Below are positions 43,337-52,079 of a stretch of 64,000 nt of DNA, in pieces. Source of the DNA: Candidatus Bilamarchaeum sp. (lineage in GTDB: Archaea > Micrarchaeota > Micrarchaeia > Anstonellales > Bilamarchaeaceae); assembly GCA_035455205.1 (NCBI GenBank), contig DATIFM010000008.1, positions 110,545 through 174,544 of the forward strand, in the 5' to 3' direction. The position numbers and the translations under genes are program-made. Under the pieces are notes generated by a model, which was given only the letters and a program-made list of their open reading frames with translations, was not told the DNA's origin and did no database searches. Positions within the stretch are counted from its first letter, which is position 1. Every line of letters starts with the position of its first letter.

Positions 43337-43466
43337 CCCGTCGTAGCTCAATGGTAGAGCGCACCGCTGTAGTTTTGCATAAACCGACTTAACCAGTCAG
43401 TTTTGGGCTACCTTTTCCTAAAAGGTAGAAACGGTGAGGTTGCTTGTTCAAGTCAGGCCGACGGGA
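43337..43466 (+). tRNA. tRNA-Tyr(GUA) with 58-nt intron at canonical position 37/38 (43373-43430)
   Basis: Acceptor CCCGTCG/CGACGGG+A, D-arm GCTC-AATGGTA-GAGC, anticodon stem CACCG/CGGTG with CT-GTA-G|A, T-arm GCTTG-TTCAAGT-CAGGC. Confidence 0.92.
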
Positions 43467-43669
43467 ATGTCATGCTAATTTTCGCTATCGCGAAAATCGC
43501 ATGTTTGCTCGCCTGCGGGCTCGCAACAGACGAATTTTTTTCTCCCAATCCCGAAATTTTGAAAGGTTTGATGGAAAATTTTCCCATAAAATCTCATTCT
43601 GAAAATAATTTCCGCAAAAAATCGACGCAGTAATAAATATTCCAAAATCGCCGCTCTTTGCGTGAGAGC

Positions 43670-44050
43670 ATGATACCGAAACCGAAGGAGACCGGAGAAA
43701 CTGGCGGGAGGGACAGGTTCAAGACTTACGACAAGCTTACAATCGACATAAACGAGGTCCAGTTCTCCACAATCCAGCAGGCCGAGCAGGTCCGGCTCAG
43801 GATGTTCTCCGGCATCAACACCGCAACGCTCATGGCACAGAACATCGGGAGCGCGAGAAGGAGGTCGGACGAAATCGCCTGCATCAACCTCCACCTCGAC
43901 GAGGAGCAGTTCGTATCCATGATGAACCCGGAGCTGAAAATCGTGTTCCGCTCGAACAACGTCCTCGCGCCATACCGCGCGACGGCATTGTTCAAGGAGC
44001 CGCTGTTCAGCGCCGCGGAGCCCCTCGGCGAGCAGGCTTTCAAAAACTAG
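43670..44050 (+). CDS. Hypothetical protein, tandem paralog A
   Basis: Own AT-rich promoter; aligns with the next ORF (Y..LTI.....QF..I...E.V.L; DE..F.....P..K..F; PLF.A..PL.EQ..K). Confidence 0.65.
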   Translation: MIPKPKETGETGGRDRFKTYDKLTIDINEVQFSTIQQAEQVRLRMFSGINTATLMAQNIGSARRRSDEIACINLHLDEEQFVSMMNPELKIVFRSNNVLAPYRATALFKEPLFSAAEPLGEQAFKN

Positions 44051-44082
44051 CCTATAAAAAATGTGTGTGAATATAATAATTT

Positions 44083-44460
44083 ATGGCTAGATTGATGGCG
44101 CCGCGCATAACCGGAACGAATACGACTACTTACAAGGCGGTCACAATCAGCCTGGACGGGGACCAGTTCGACAGGATACGCCTCACCGAGAAAGTCGTAC
44201 TCAAGGCGTACGGCCCGCAGGGAAGCGGCTCAATGGAATTGGTCCTGAGGAATGCCGGCAGGGGCAAAAGGAACGCGAGGGGAAGCGAGACGCTCGCAAT
44301 TGAGGCGGATGAAGACACGTTCATAGGCCTGATCAGCCCCACGATGAAGGTGAGGTTTTTGGGCGACTCCTCGCGCACCACGTTCGAAACTGAAAGGATA
44401 ACATGCATGCCGCTTTTTGCCGCCAAGGCGCCGCTCCTCGAGCAGAGCCTCAAGGATTGA
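44083..44460 (+). CDS. Hypothetical protein, tandem paralog B
   Basis: 125 aa, recognisable similarity to 43670-44050 over its length. Confidence 0.65.
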   Translation: MARLMAPRITGTNTTTYKAVTISLDGDQFDRIRLTEKVVLKAYGPQGSGSMELVLRNAGRGKRNARGSETLAIEADEDTFIGLISPTMKVRFLGDSSRTTFETERITCMPLFAAKAPLLEQSLKD

Positions 44461-45373
44461 AATCCGCCCAGACAGGGTAGTGGTCGGAAACCTGCTCGGT
44501 GAAGGACTGGTTAAGGCCGTACTCGGTGTCGAAGCGGAATACGCCCCAGTTGCCTGAGAAAGACTCGTTATCCGAGAGGATTATCCGGTCGTAGGTGCAG
44601 TCGGTGCTTTTTGTAGTCGTGTCCGCGCTGTCCGGCACCACCCAGGTAAATGATGAATTTTTGAGCGTCAGGTTGTCCGATGCCTTCAGATAAGTGCAGT
44701 CCGCATTCAGGTCCCCAAGGACGATGAAGTCTTTTTCAGAGGGGAATTTCTGCATCGCATCATCCAGGACGAGGGGCAGGCGGTTGATTTCAGCGACAGT
44801 GTCGTCCGGCTGGGTGTGGATTCCTATCAGGACAAACGAGAAGTTGCCGCTTTGGAAGCGGGCCACGAAAGGCTCGCGCTGGAACAGGTCCGGAGAAGAT
44901 GCGTTTGGCGGGTCGGCGAAAGTATAATTTGAAAGAAGCTGGACTTTCTCGGTGTTATAGACGTAGGCGTAATTTTCCTTGCTCGAAGTGCGCCCGAGGC
45001 GGGGGCTGGAAACCGCCGCGTATTTGGGGCCGGGAAGGGCGTTTATGCTCTCCAGGTAAAATGGGAGCGTCGTCTCCGTGTCGTCTCGGAGCTCCTCGAC
45101 GAGCATAACGTCGAAGTTTCTTGCGGTCTTCGAGAGGACGTCCATTATCCCGGGTTTCGAGCGCTTGGACTCCCCAAAAATCTGGATGTTGAATGCCGCG
45201 ATGCGAAGTGTTTGGGTTATGTTTTGGGGCGGGGCAGTTTGGTTGGTGTGGTTTGTGTTGTTGGCCGGGACGCTCTGATTCGGGGCATTGTTGACGGTCT
45301 GATTGGGTTGGGGAGGCGGGCTGATGCAGCCCATGACGAGGAGCATGGCGAGCGCGAGGAAAACGGCCCTCAT
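44450..45373 (-). CDS. Secreted DNase I-like endonuclease (EEP superfamily) lipoprotein
   Basis: Lipobox LLVMGC at 45373, N/Q/P-rich linker, RIAAFNIQIFG, LVEELRD, RLGRTSSKENYAYVY, FQREPF, IGIHTQP, LGDLNADC, YDRII, VSDHYPV. Confidence 0.85.
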   Translation of the reverse strand: MRAVFLALAMLLVMGCISPPPQPNQTVNNAPNQSVPANNTNHTNQTAPPQNITQTLRIAAFNIQIFGESKRSKPGIMDVLSKTARNFDVMLVEELRDDTETTLPFYLESINALPGPKYAAVSSPRLGRTSSKENYAYVYNTEKVQLLSNYTFADPPNASSPDLFQREPFVARFQSGNFSFVLIGIHTQPDDTVAEINRLPLVLDDAMQKFPSEKDFIVLGDLNADCTYLKASDNLTLKNSSFTWVVPDSADTTTKSTDCTYDRIILSDNESFSGNWGVFRFDTEYGLNQSFTEQVSDHYPVWADFNP

Positions 45374-46710
45374 ACCGAACCGGCTCCCCTCTGGACGACC
45401 TCGCTGAGCGCCGGATGGATGTGGACGGTGTTGATTATGTCGTTCACGTGGGACCGCCCGGCCTTCATCGAGACGAGAACTTCGTGAATCAGCGTGGATG
45501 CGTCGGGCCCCAGGATGTGGCAGCCGAGTATCTTTCCGTTGTAGTCCGTGATGAACTTTACAAAGCCGTCCTTCTCGGCCAATGCCTCGCCCATGCCGGT
45601 CTGCGAATACTTGTAATAGCCGACGAGGTAGTCCTCCCCCTTGAGGTCCTGCTCCATCTTCCCCACGCCCGCGACCTGCGGATCGGAGAACACTGCGTGC
45701 GGCATTGCAGTGTAGTCCACCGCGAGCTTCTTGCCGGGGTTGAGGAGGTTGTTCGCGACTATCTCCGCTTCGAGGTTGGCAGAATGCTTGAACAGGTATT
45801 TTCCGGCGATGTCGCCAAGCACGTGGATTCCGGGGACATTCGTTTCCATGAGTTCGTTGCACTCGATATAGCCGTACTTGTTCGTCTTGAGGCCGGCCTT
45901 CTCCACGGCGAGGATGTCGCTGTTCGGCACGCGCCCGGTCGCTATGAGGAGGTGGGTGCCCTCGACGCCGCGGCCATCGGGCCCGTAAACGGCTATCCTC
46001 CTGCCCTTCTTTTCCACGCTCTTTGCAGCAAAGCCGAGGAGCACGGGGTATTTCTTTGAGAAGATTTCGGTGAACTTCTGCCCGATTTCCTCGTCCTCGT
46101 CCGGGAGGAGGCGGACGTTCCGCTGGAGGATGGTGATTTTCGAGCCCATGGAGCCGAAGAAATGCGCGAGCTCGCAGGCTATGTAGCCCCCGCCGATTAT
46201 TATCAGCTCCTCTGGGAGCGTTTTCACGCGGAGCGCCCCGTCGCTCGTCATGTAGGGGACCTTGTTCAGGCCTTCTATGGGAGGAACCGATGGGCGCGTC
46301 CCTGCCGCGATGACTATCCGGTCGGCGGTGATTTGCCCGCTTTTGACTTTCAGGGTCTTGGGGCCGCTGAAGACCGCGCGCTCCTTGAATAGCGTGATGT
46401 TCTTGGCCTTCCTTATCGAGGCCTCGATGCCAGCGGCCTCCTCGTCGACAGTCCAGGCGCGCTGCATGACCTTCCTGAAGTCGACGGACACTTTCCCGAC
46501 GTTTATCCCGAATTCGGAGGCGCGCTTTATTGTCTGCATCACGTCCGCGCTGTGGATGAGTATCTTGGATGGGATGCAGCCGCGGTTGAGGCAGGTGCCG
46601 CCCATCGGGCCTTCCTCGACAATGGCGACATTCAGGCCCTGCGAGGCTGCCGCGCTCATGACGTCCAGGCCCGAGCCTGCGCCGATGACGATAAGGTCGA
46701 ATTTCTGCAT
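45370..46710 (-). CDS. Dihydrolipoamide dehydrogenase-family pyridine nucleotide-disulfide oxidoreductase
   Basis: IVIGAGSG, GGTCLNRGCIPSK redox disulfide, IIGGGYIACE, ATGRVPN, HIHPALSE. Confidence 0.9.
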   Translation of the reverse strand: MQKFDLIVIGAGSGLDVMSAAASQGLNVAIVEEGPMGGTCLNRGCIPSKILIHSADVMQTIKRASEFGINVGKVSVDFRKVMQRAWTVDEEAAGIEASIRKAKNITLFKERAVFSGPKTLKVKSGQITADRIVIAAGTRPSVPPIEGLNKVPYMTSDGALRVKTLPEELIIIGGGYIACELAHFFGSMGSKITILQRNVRLLPDEDEEIGQKFTEIFSKKYPVLLGFAAKSVEKKGRRIAVYGPDGRGVEGTHLLIATGRVPNSDILAVEKAGLKTNKYGYIECNELMETNVPGIHVLGDIAGKYLFKHSANLEAEIVANNLLNPGKKLAVDYTAMPHAVFSDPQVAGVGKMEQDLKGEDYLVGYYKYSQTGMGEALAEKDGFVKFITDYNGKILGCHILGPDASTLIHEVLVSMKAGRSHVNDIINTVHIHPALSEVVQRGAGSV

Positions 46711-46774
46711 GGAGGAAAAGGAATGAAGAGAAATAAAAAGATGTTCACTGCGAGCCGTTAGGCGAGCAAGTGAA

Positions 46775-47995
46775 CTATGCAAGCATCGCCCGCAGGATGA
46801 AGAAGGGGTCGATGAGCTTCTTGTGGTTGTGCGGGTTGATGAGGGCGTCGCTAATCGCGTGGCGTATCTCCTTGCTCCGGTTTGCCTTGCCGATCATCAT
46901 GTTGAGCAGGAACTTGTTGTTCGCCATCTTCTGCATGCGGTAGTTCGTGTCGACCTCGTTGCCGATGACGTCCCACAGGAGCGTCGGGTATTCGGACAGC
47001 GCTTCGGCCGAGAAGTCGTTCTTCTGGAACGCCTTCAGGATGACCTGCGACGCGTACTTGCCGCTCGTGAGGGCGTTCCCGATGCCTTCCCCGGAGAACG
47101 GGTCTATGAGGGATGCGGCGTCGCCCACGAGGACGTAGCCGTTCCCGTACATCTTCACCCTCTTGGACGCAAGGGGCAGAATCCAGCTCTTGACGTCCGA
47201 GGAGCGCTTGGCGTCCTTGAAGCGGCCCTTGAACGCCGGGTGCTTCTCTATCGCCTCGAACATGAGCTTGTTCAGGTTGACTTTCTTCTTCTTCATGTCC
47301 TTGACGAGCATGCCGATGCCCACGTTCGCCCTCTTGTTCGGGAGCGGGAAAATCCAGAAGTATCCGGGGAGGACGCCGTCGATGAAGTGGAGCTCTATCT
47401 GGTCTATCATCCCTTCGACGTTGTCGTAGTAGCAGCGGATGGCCGCGCACTGGTGGCCTTCGTCGTCATTCAGGGCACCGAGCTTGCGGGCGGTTATTCC
47501 GCCTGCGCCGTCAGCGCCTACGAGTATTTTCGCGCGGAACTCCATCTCCTTGCCCTCGAACTTGCCCTTCACGCCGACGACCTTGTCGCCTTCCATTATC
47601 AGGTCGGAGGCGAAGAACCCTTCTAGGCACTTGGCGACCTGCTTCTTCGCGAACTGGAAAAGCACGTTGTCGAAGACTTCCCTCCTGCAGACGAAGCCCG
47701 GCGCGGAGTTGTTCCCCTCGCTCTTTGAAGATATCGGGACGAAAGTGCCGTTCGGGGACGAGAATGCCACGCCGAACATGTCCTGGTGCTCCGCCTTCTC
47801 GAAGTCCTTGTACACTCCAAGCTCGGTAAGCACGCCGACGGAGCGGCCTGAGATGCCGTCGCCGCAGGTCTTGTCCCTGGGGAACTTGGCCCTGTCCAGA
47901 AGGATGACCTTCTTCCCGGCTTTCGCTAGGAACGACGCGGTCGAAGAGCCGCCCGGTCCCCCTCCTAATACTATGACGTCATATTCCTCTGCCAT
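46775..47995 (-). CDS. Geranylgeranyl reductase family flavoprotein
   Basis: VLGGGPGGSS, FPRDKTCGDG, VGADGAGG, GYFWIFP, NVGIG, VGDAASLIDPFSGEGI. Confidence 0.88.
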   Translation of the reverse strand: MAEEYDVIVLGGGPGGSSTASFLAKAGKKVILLDRAKFPRDKTCGDGISGRSVGVLTELGVYKDFEKAEHQDMFGVAFSSPNGTFVPISSKSEGNNSAPGFVCRREVFDNVLFQFAKKQVAKCLEGFFASDLIMEGDKVVGVKGKFEGKEMEFRAKILVGADGAGGITARKLGALNDDEGHQCAAIRCYYDNVEGMIDQIELHFIDGVLPGYFWIFPLPNKRANVGIGMLVKDMKKKKVNLNKLMFEAIEKHPAFKGRFKDAKRSSDVKSWILPLASKRVKMYGNGYVLVGDAASLIDPFSGEGIGNALTSGKYASQVILKAFQKNDFSAEALSEYPTLLWDVIGNEVDTNYRMQKMANNKFLLNMMIGKANRSKEIRHAISDALINPHNHKKLIDPFFILRAMLA

Positions 47996-48047
47996 TCATA
48001 TCACCATAAAACTCGGTTATTAAAGATAATTAGAGGTATTAAGGGAC

Positions 48048-48539
48048 ATGCTTATAATTATTTGCGGTCTGCCAGGGAGCGGCAAGTCCACCCTCGCAAG
48101 GGCCCTCGCCCGGAAGACGGGCGCGATGCACCTTAGCAGCGACCGCATCCGGAGGGAGATGTTCCCCAGGCCGGGCTACAGCGAGGAGGAGAAGCAAGCG
48201 GTGTACGGCGAACTCATGAGGCGGACCGAAGATGCGCTCAGGGGAGGACGGAGCGCCGTCGTGGACGCGACTTTCTACCGGAAGCGGCAGAGGGAAGATT
48301 TTACCCTGATAGCAGAGAGGGCGGGAGCGAAATGGCGCCTAATCCTCTGCACGATTGAAGAGGGCGAGGCGAAAAAGCGCCTTTCGAGGCGCAGGCCGGG
48401 GAACGTCAGCGACGCGGACTACGCGGTCTACTTGAAGCTGAAGGGGGCATTCGAGCGCATCGAGGGCGAGCACCTCGAGCTGGACACGATGCTGCCATTG
48501 CGCGAGCGCATCCGCCGCGTTACTGAATATCTCGGGTGA
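48048..48539 (+). CDS. P-loop kinase (AAA_33 / gluconate-kinase-like)
   Basis: ICGLPGSGKSTLA, SSDRIRREM, VVDATF, SDADYAVY. Confidence 0.8.
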   Translation: MLIIICGLPGSGKSTLARALARKTGAMHLSSDRIRREMFPRPGYSEEEKQAVYGELMRRTEDALRGGRSAVVDATFYRKRQREDFTLIAERAGAKWRLILCTIEEGEAKKRLSRRRPGNVSDADYAVYLKLKGAFERIEGEHLELDTMLPLRERIRRVTEYLG

Positions 48540-48543
48540 AGCG

Positions 48544-49482
48544 ATGGACATCAAGGCTCTTGCCGGAATCACAGGCTCTGAGGTCATCGAGACGCACATT
48601 TCTTGGGTTCTCCTTGGCGAATTCGTCTACAAGATAAAGAAGCCGGTGAAGTTTTCCTTCCTGGACTTCTCCACGCCCGAGAAGCGCCGGTTCTACTGCT
48701 CCGAGGAAGTGAGGCTGAACTCGAGGCTTTCCCCTGACGTCTATCTGGGCGTCGCAGGGGTGGGCGAAAACGGGTTCGTCGCCCCGGAGGGGTCTGAAGA
48801 GCACGCGGTGAAGATGCGGAGGCTCAGCGAAGCGAGGAAGATGTCGAGCCTCCTTGCCCATAGCGCCCTCGGCCCCGAGCACATGGCCGAGCTCGCAAAA
48901 ATCGTGGCGGATTTCCACATGAAGGCGCAACGGGCTCCTGAATATAATACTCCTGAGCTGATAGGGGCGCAGGTCGCGGATTTGGGGAACTTCAGGGAAG
49001 GCATCGAGGGCGCGACCGGCCTCGGGCGATGGGTGGACAACCTCCTCAAGCGCTCGGAGGATTTCCTGAAAAGGAACCGCGAGCTAATAGAGGGAAGGAG
49101 GAGGGGGGGCTTCGTGAGGGACTGCCACGGCGACCTCCATAGCGGGAACGTGTTCTTCGACTCCGGGATACGGATAATCGACTGCATCGAGTTCAGCGAG
49201 AGCTTCCGATGCACGGACGTCGCGAGCGACGTGGGGTTCATGGCCATGGACCTCGAGTATGCCGGGCGCGAGGACCTTTCCGAGGCGTTCGTCGGCGAAT
49301 ATCTGCGCGCGACCGGGGATGAAGGGATGGAGGCGGTCCTGCCTTTCTACAAGTGCTACCGCGCGAACGTCCGGGCCAAGATTGCCGCGATAGACTATCT
49401 GGGCGGGAAAAGCGCCGAAGCCCGGACGAGGATAGACAGGTATGTAATGCTTGCAGAGAAATATTCGAAGACTATGGCGTGA
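48544..49482 (+). CDS. Aminoglycoside-phosphotransferase-like kinase (COG2187 type)
   Basis: IETHISWVLL, YKIKKPVKFSFLDFST, EVRLNSRLSP, RDCHGDLHSGN, IDCIEF, DVASDVGFMAMDL. Confidence 0.85.
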   Translation: MDIKALAGITGSEVIETHISWVLLGEFVYKIKKPVKFSFLDFSTPEKRRFYCSEEVRLNSRLSPDVYLGVAGVGENGFVAPEGSEEHAVKMRRLSEARKMSSLLAHSALGPEHMAELAKIVADFHMKAQRAPEYNTPELIGAQVADLGNFREGIEGATGLGRWVDNLLKRSEDFLKRNRELIEGRRRGGFVRDCHGDLHSGNVFFDSGIRIIDCIEFSESFRCTDVASDVGFMAMDLEYAGREDLSEAFVGEYLRATGDEGMEAVLPFYKCYRANVRAKIAAIDYLGGKSAEARTRIDRYVMLAEKYSKTMA

Positions 49483-49486
49483 TGGC

Positions 49487-50386
49487 ATGGACGGAGTGAG
49501 GGAACTCGGGAGGGCTTTCGCGGTCACCTTTGCGGTGCTCGTCATACAGCTTGTCGGCTGGCAATTGTCGCACAGCCTCGCGCTCCTTGGCGACAGCGCC
49601 CACGTCTTTTCGGACATACTCGCAATCGGCGCGTCGCTCCTTGCGATGTGGCTCGCGATGCGCATGCCGAGCGAAAGGCGCACGTTCGGCTTCCACAGGA
49701 TGGAGGTTTTCGCGGCACTGTTCAACGGGCTCCTCCTGGTCCTCATGGCGCTCCTCATCGGATACGAGGCGATCCAGAGGTTCGGCACCGGCTACGCGAT
49801 TGACGGAGTCCCGATGCTCGTCACTTCGCTAATCGGCCTCGCCGGGAACGTCTATGTCGCCTACCACCTCCAGCACGAGGAGAACCTGAATGTCCGGAGC
49901 GCGTTCATGCATGCGGCGGGCGATGCGCTCTCATCGGTGGGCGTGTTCATCGGCGCGCTCGCAATCATCCTGAGCGGGCAGTACGTGATTGACATCGCGG
50001 TGAGCCTGCTCATTTCGGGAATAATACTTTTCAGCGCCTACTCTGTCCTGCGCAGCTCGCTCTCGATCCTGCTCGAGTCAGCGCCCTATGAGGCGGGGGT
50101 GGGCAAAATCACCGCCGCGGTCATGTCCGTCGAGGGCGTGAAGGGCGTGCATGACGTCCACATCTGGCGCACTTGCTCCGAGTTCGTCTTCGCCATGATG
50201 CACGTGGAGGCGGAGAACATCGAGCTGATAGAGGCGAGGGCTCTCTCGCAGAAAATCGAGGAGAAACTCCACCACGAGTTCGGGATTACCCACTCGACAA
50301 TCCAGTTCGAGCCCTTCGGGTGCAGCTGCGAGAGCCAGAACATGTGCAACATGCTCGAGCACAAAAAGAAGAAGCACAGGCACTGA
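49487..50386 (+). CDS. Cation diffusion facilitator (CzcD/ZitB-like Zn/Co/Cd exporter)
   Basis: SLALLGDSAHVFSD, TFGFHRMEV, NVRSAFMHAAGDALSS, VHDVHIW, HSTIQFE. Confidence 0.9.
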   Translation: MDGVRELGRAFAVTFAVLVIQLVGWQLSHSLALLGDSAHVFSDILAIGASLLAMWLAMRMPSERRTFGFHRMEVFAALFNGLLLVLMALLIGYEAIQRFGTGYAIDGVPMLVTSLIGLAGNVYVAYHLQHEENLNVRSAFMHAAGDALSSVGVFIGALAIILSGQYVIDIAVSLLISGIILFSAYSVLRSSLSILLESAPYEAGVGKITAAVMSVEGVKGVHDVHIWRTCSEFVFAMMHVEAENIELIEARALSQKIEEKLHHEFGITHSTIQFEPFGCSCESQNMCNMLEHKKKKHRH

Positions 50387-50425
50387 GCACTAAAAACGGG
50401 AGCAGTTTCGGACAGGATGTTTGAT

Positions 50426-50464
50426 TTTGTCTGTCGGCAAACCCTTTGGGTTTGCAAACAGACC
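50426..50464 (-). repeat. REP-like palindromic element, copy A
   Basis: Reverse complement GGTCTGTTT-GCAAACCC-AAA-GGGTTTGC-CGACAGACAAA; nearly identical to 55809-55850; lies between convergent genes. Confidence 0.75.
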
Positions 50465-50494
50465 GCTTTGACAGGGGAAAACAGGGGTAAATTT

Positions 50495-52045
50495 TCAATG
50501 CCTGAAGTGCCTTATGCCGGTGAAGACCATCGCTATCCCGTGCTCGTCCGCGGCCTTAATCACGTCCTCGTCGCGGATGGAGCCGCCGGGCTGGATGATG
50601 GCGCTGATGCCGAGCTTGGCCGCGTAGTCTATGCCGTCGCGGAACGGGAAGAAGGCGTCGCTCGCCATCGCACAGCCCTTCACGTCCTCTCCGTAATCCT
50701 TGGCTATCATGGCCGCGAGCTTCGTGGCGTCGATGCGCTTCATCTGGCCCGCGCCTATCCCGACTGCGCGGTTGTTGCGGGCATAAACGATTGCGTTCGA
50801 CTTGACGTACTTCACTATCTTCCACGCGTAAAGCAGGTCCTTCATCTCCTGCTCGGTGGGCTTGCGCTTGGTGACGACTTTAATGCCGTCAAGGAGCTTG
50901 ACGTTCGCGTCCTGCGCGAGAAGTCCGCCCAGGATGGAGCGGTATTTCCGGTACGGGACGCGCTTCACCGTCACCTCTGGCTGCTCCATGACGCGCATGT
51001 TCTTCTTCGAGCGGAGAACCTCGAGCGCCTTCTCTTCGAACCCTGGGGCGATGACGATGTCCACGAACTTGCTCGTGATTTCCCTCGCGAGGGCCTCGTC
51101 CACCTTCCGGTTCAGGGCCACGACGCCGCCGACGGAGGCCTCCGGGTCGACGGATTTGGCGAGCTTGAAGGCCTCGAGGATGCTCTCGGAGGATGCGACG
51201 CCGCAGGGGTTGTTGTGCTTGACGATGACGCCCGTCGGCTCCTCGAACTCGCGTATGAGCTTGAACGCGGCGTTGCAGTCGAGGAAGTTGTTGTAGGACA
51301 TCTCCTTTCCCTGGAGCTGCCTCGCGTTGAGGAAAGAGGGGTTCTTGTACAGGTCGTCGCGGTAGACTGCCGCGCGCTGGTGCGGGTTCTCCCCGTAGCG
51401 CAAATCCTGCTTCTTGTGGAAAGTGAGGTTCAGGTATTCGGGGAACTCGTCCTGGAGCCCGAAGGACTTTCGGAAATACTGCTCGATGAAGACATCGTAG
51501 TGGGAGACGTGCTCCCAGGTGTCCATCGCGAGCCGCTCGAGCGTCTTCTCGGAAAGCCAGCCGTTTCCCTTCTTCAGTTCGTCCAGTATCGCGGCATAGC
51601 GCTTGGGGTTGCACACTACGGCGACGTTCCGGAAGTTCTTGGCCGCCGAGCGCAGGAGGGTCGGGCCGCCGATGTCGATGTTCTCGATGGCCTCCCTGAG
51701 CGGGGCCCCCTTCTGTACGGTTTCCTCGAAGGGGTATAGGTTCACAACGACCATGTCGATGAGCTTTATGCCGAGCTTCCCGGCCTCCTGCATGTGCTTC
51801 TTGTTGCCGCGGTCCGCGAGTATGGCCCCGTGGACCTTGGGGTGGAGAGTCTTGACGCGCCCGTCCATCATCTCGGGCGAGCCGGTGAACTTCGAGACTT
51901 CGACGACCTTCACCCCGCTGTCGGAAAGCAGCTTCGCGGTTCCTCCGCTCGAGACGATTTCGACGCCGAGCGCGGACAGGGCGCGCGCTAGTTCTACGAC
52001 ACCTTCCTTGTTATGCACACTTACCAATGCCCGCTTGATATGCAT
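50495..52045 (-). CDS. purH: Bifunctional AICAR transformylase / IMP cyclohydrolase
   Basis: RALVSVHNKEG, DGRVKTLHPKVHGAIL, ENIDIGGPTLLRSAAKN, LRYGENPHQ, VKHNNPCG, VKSNAIV, ASDAFFPF, IIQPGGSIRD, GIRHFRH. Confidence 0.96.
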   Translation of the reverse strand: MHIKRALVSVHNKEGVVELARALSALGVEIVSSGGTAKLLSDSGVKVVEVSKFTGSPEMMDGRVKTLHPKVHGAILADRGNKKHMQEAGKLGIKLIDMVVVNLYPFEETVQKGAPLREAIENIDIGGPTLLRSAAKNFRNVAVVCNPKRYAAILDELKKGNGWLSEKTLERLAMDTWEHVSHYDVFIEQYFRKSFGLQDEFPEYLNLTFHKKQDLRYGENPHQRAAVYRDDLYKNPSFLNARQLQGKEMSYNNFLDCNAAFKLIREFEEPTGVIVKHNNPCGVASSESILEAFKLAKSVDPEASVGGVVALNRKVDEALAREITSKFVDIVIAPGFEEKALEVLRSKKNMRVMEQPEVTVKRVPYRKYRSILGGLLAQDANVKLLDGIKVVTKRKPTEQEMKDLLYAWKIVKYVKSNAIVYARNNRAVGIGAGQMKRIDATKLAAMIAKDYGEDVKGCAMASDAFFPFRDGIDYAAKLGISAIIQPGGSIRDEDVIKAADEHGIAMVFTGIRHFRH

Positions 52046-52079
52046 AGACAGAACCAGTTACTAGATATGCGCTTCCGGA

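Noticed and set aside
45370-46710. Mercuric or mycothione reductase assignment
   Set aside because: No C-terminal CC pair or N-terminal HMA domain for MerA, and no evidence for mycothiol; left at family level.
48544-49482. Aminoglycoside resistance gene
   Set aside because: The motifs fit the COG2187 family of unknown substrate rather than characterised APH resistance enzymes.
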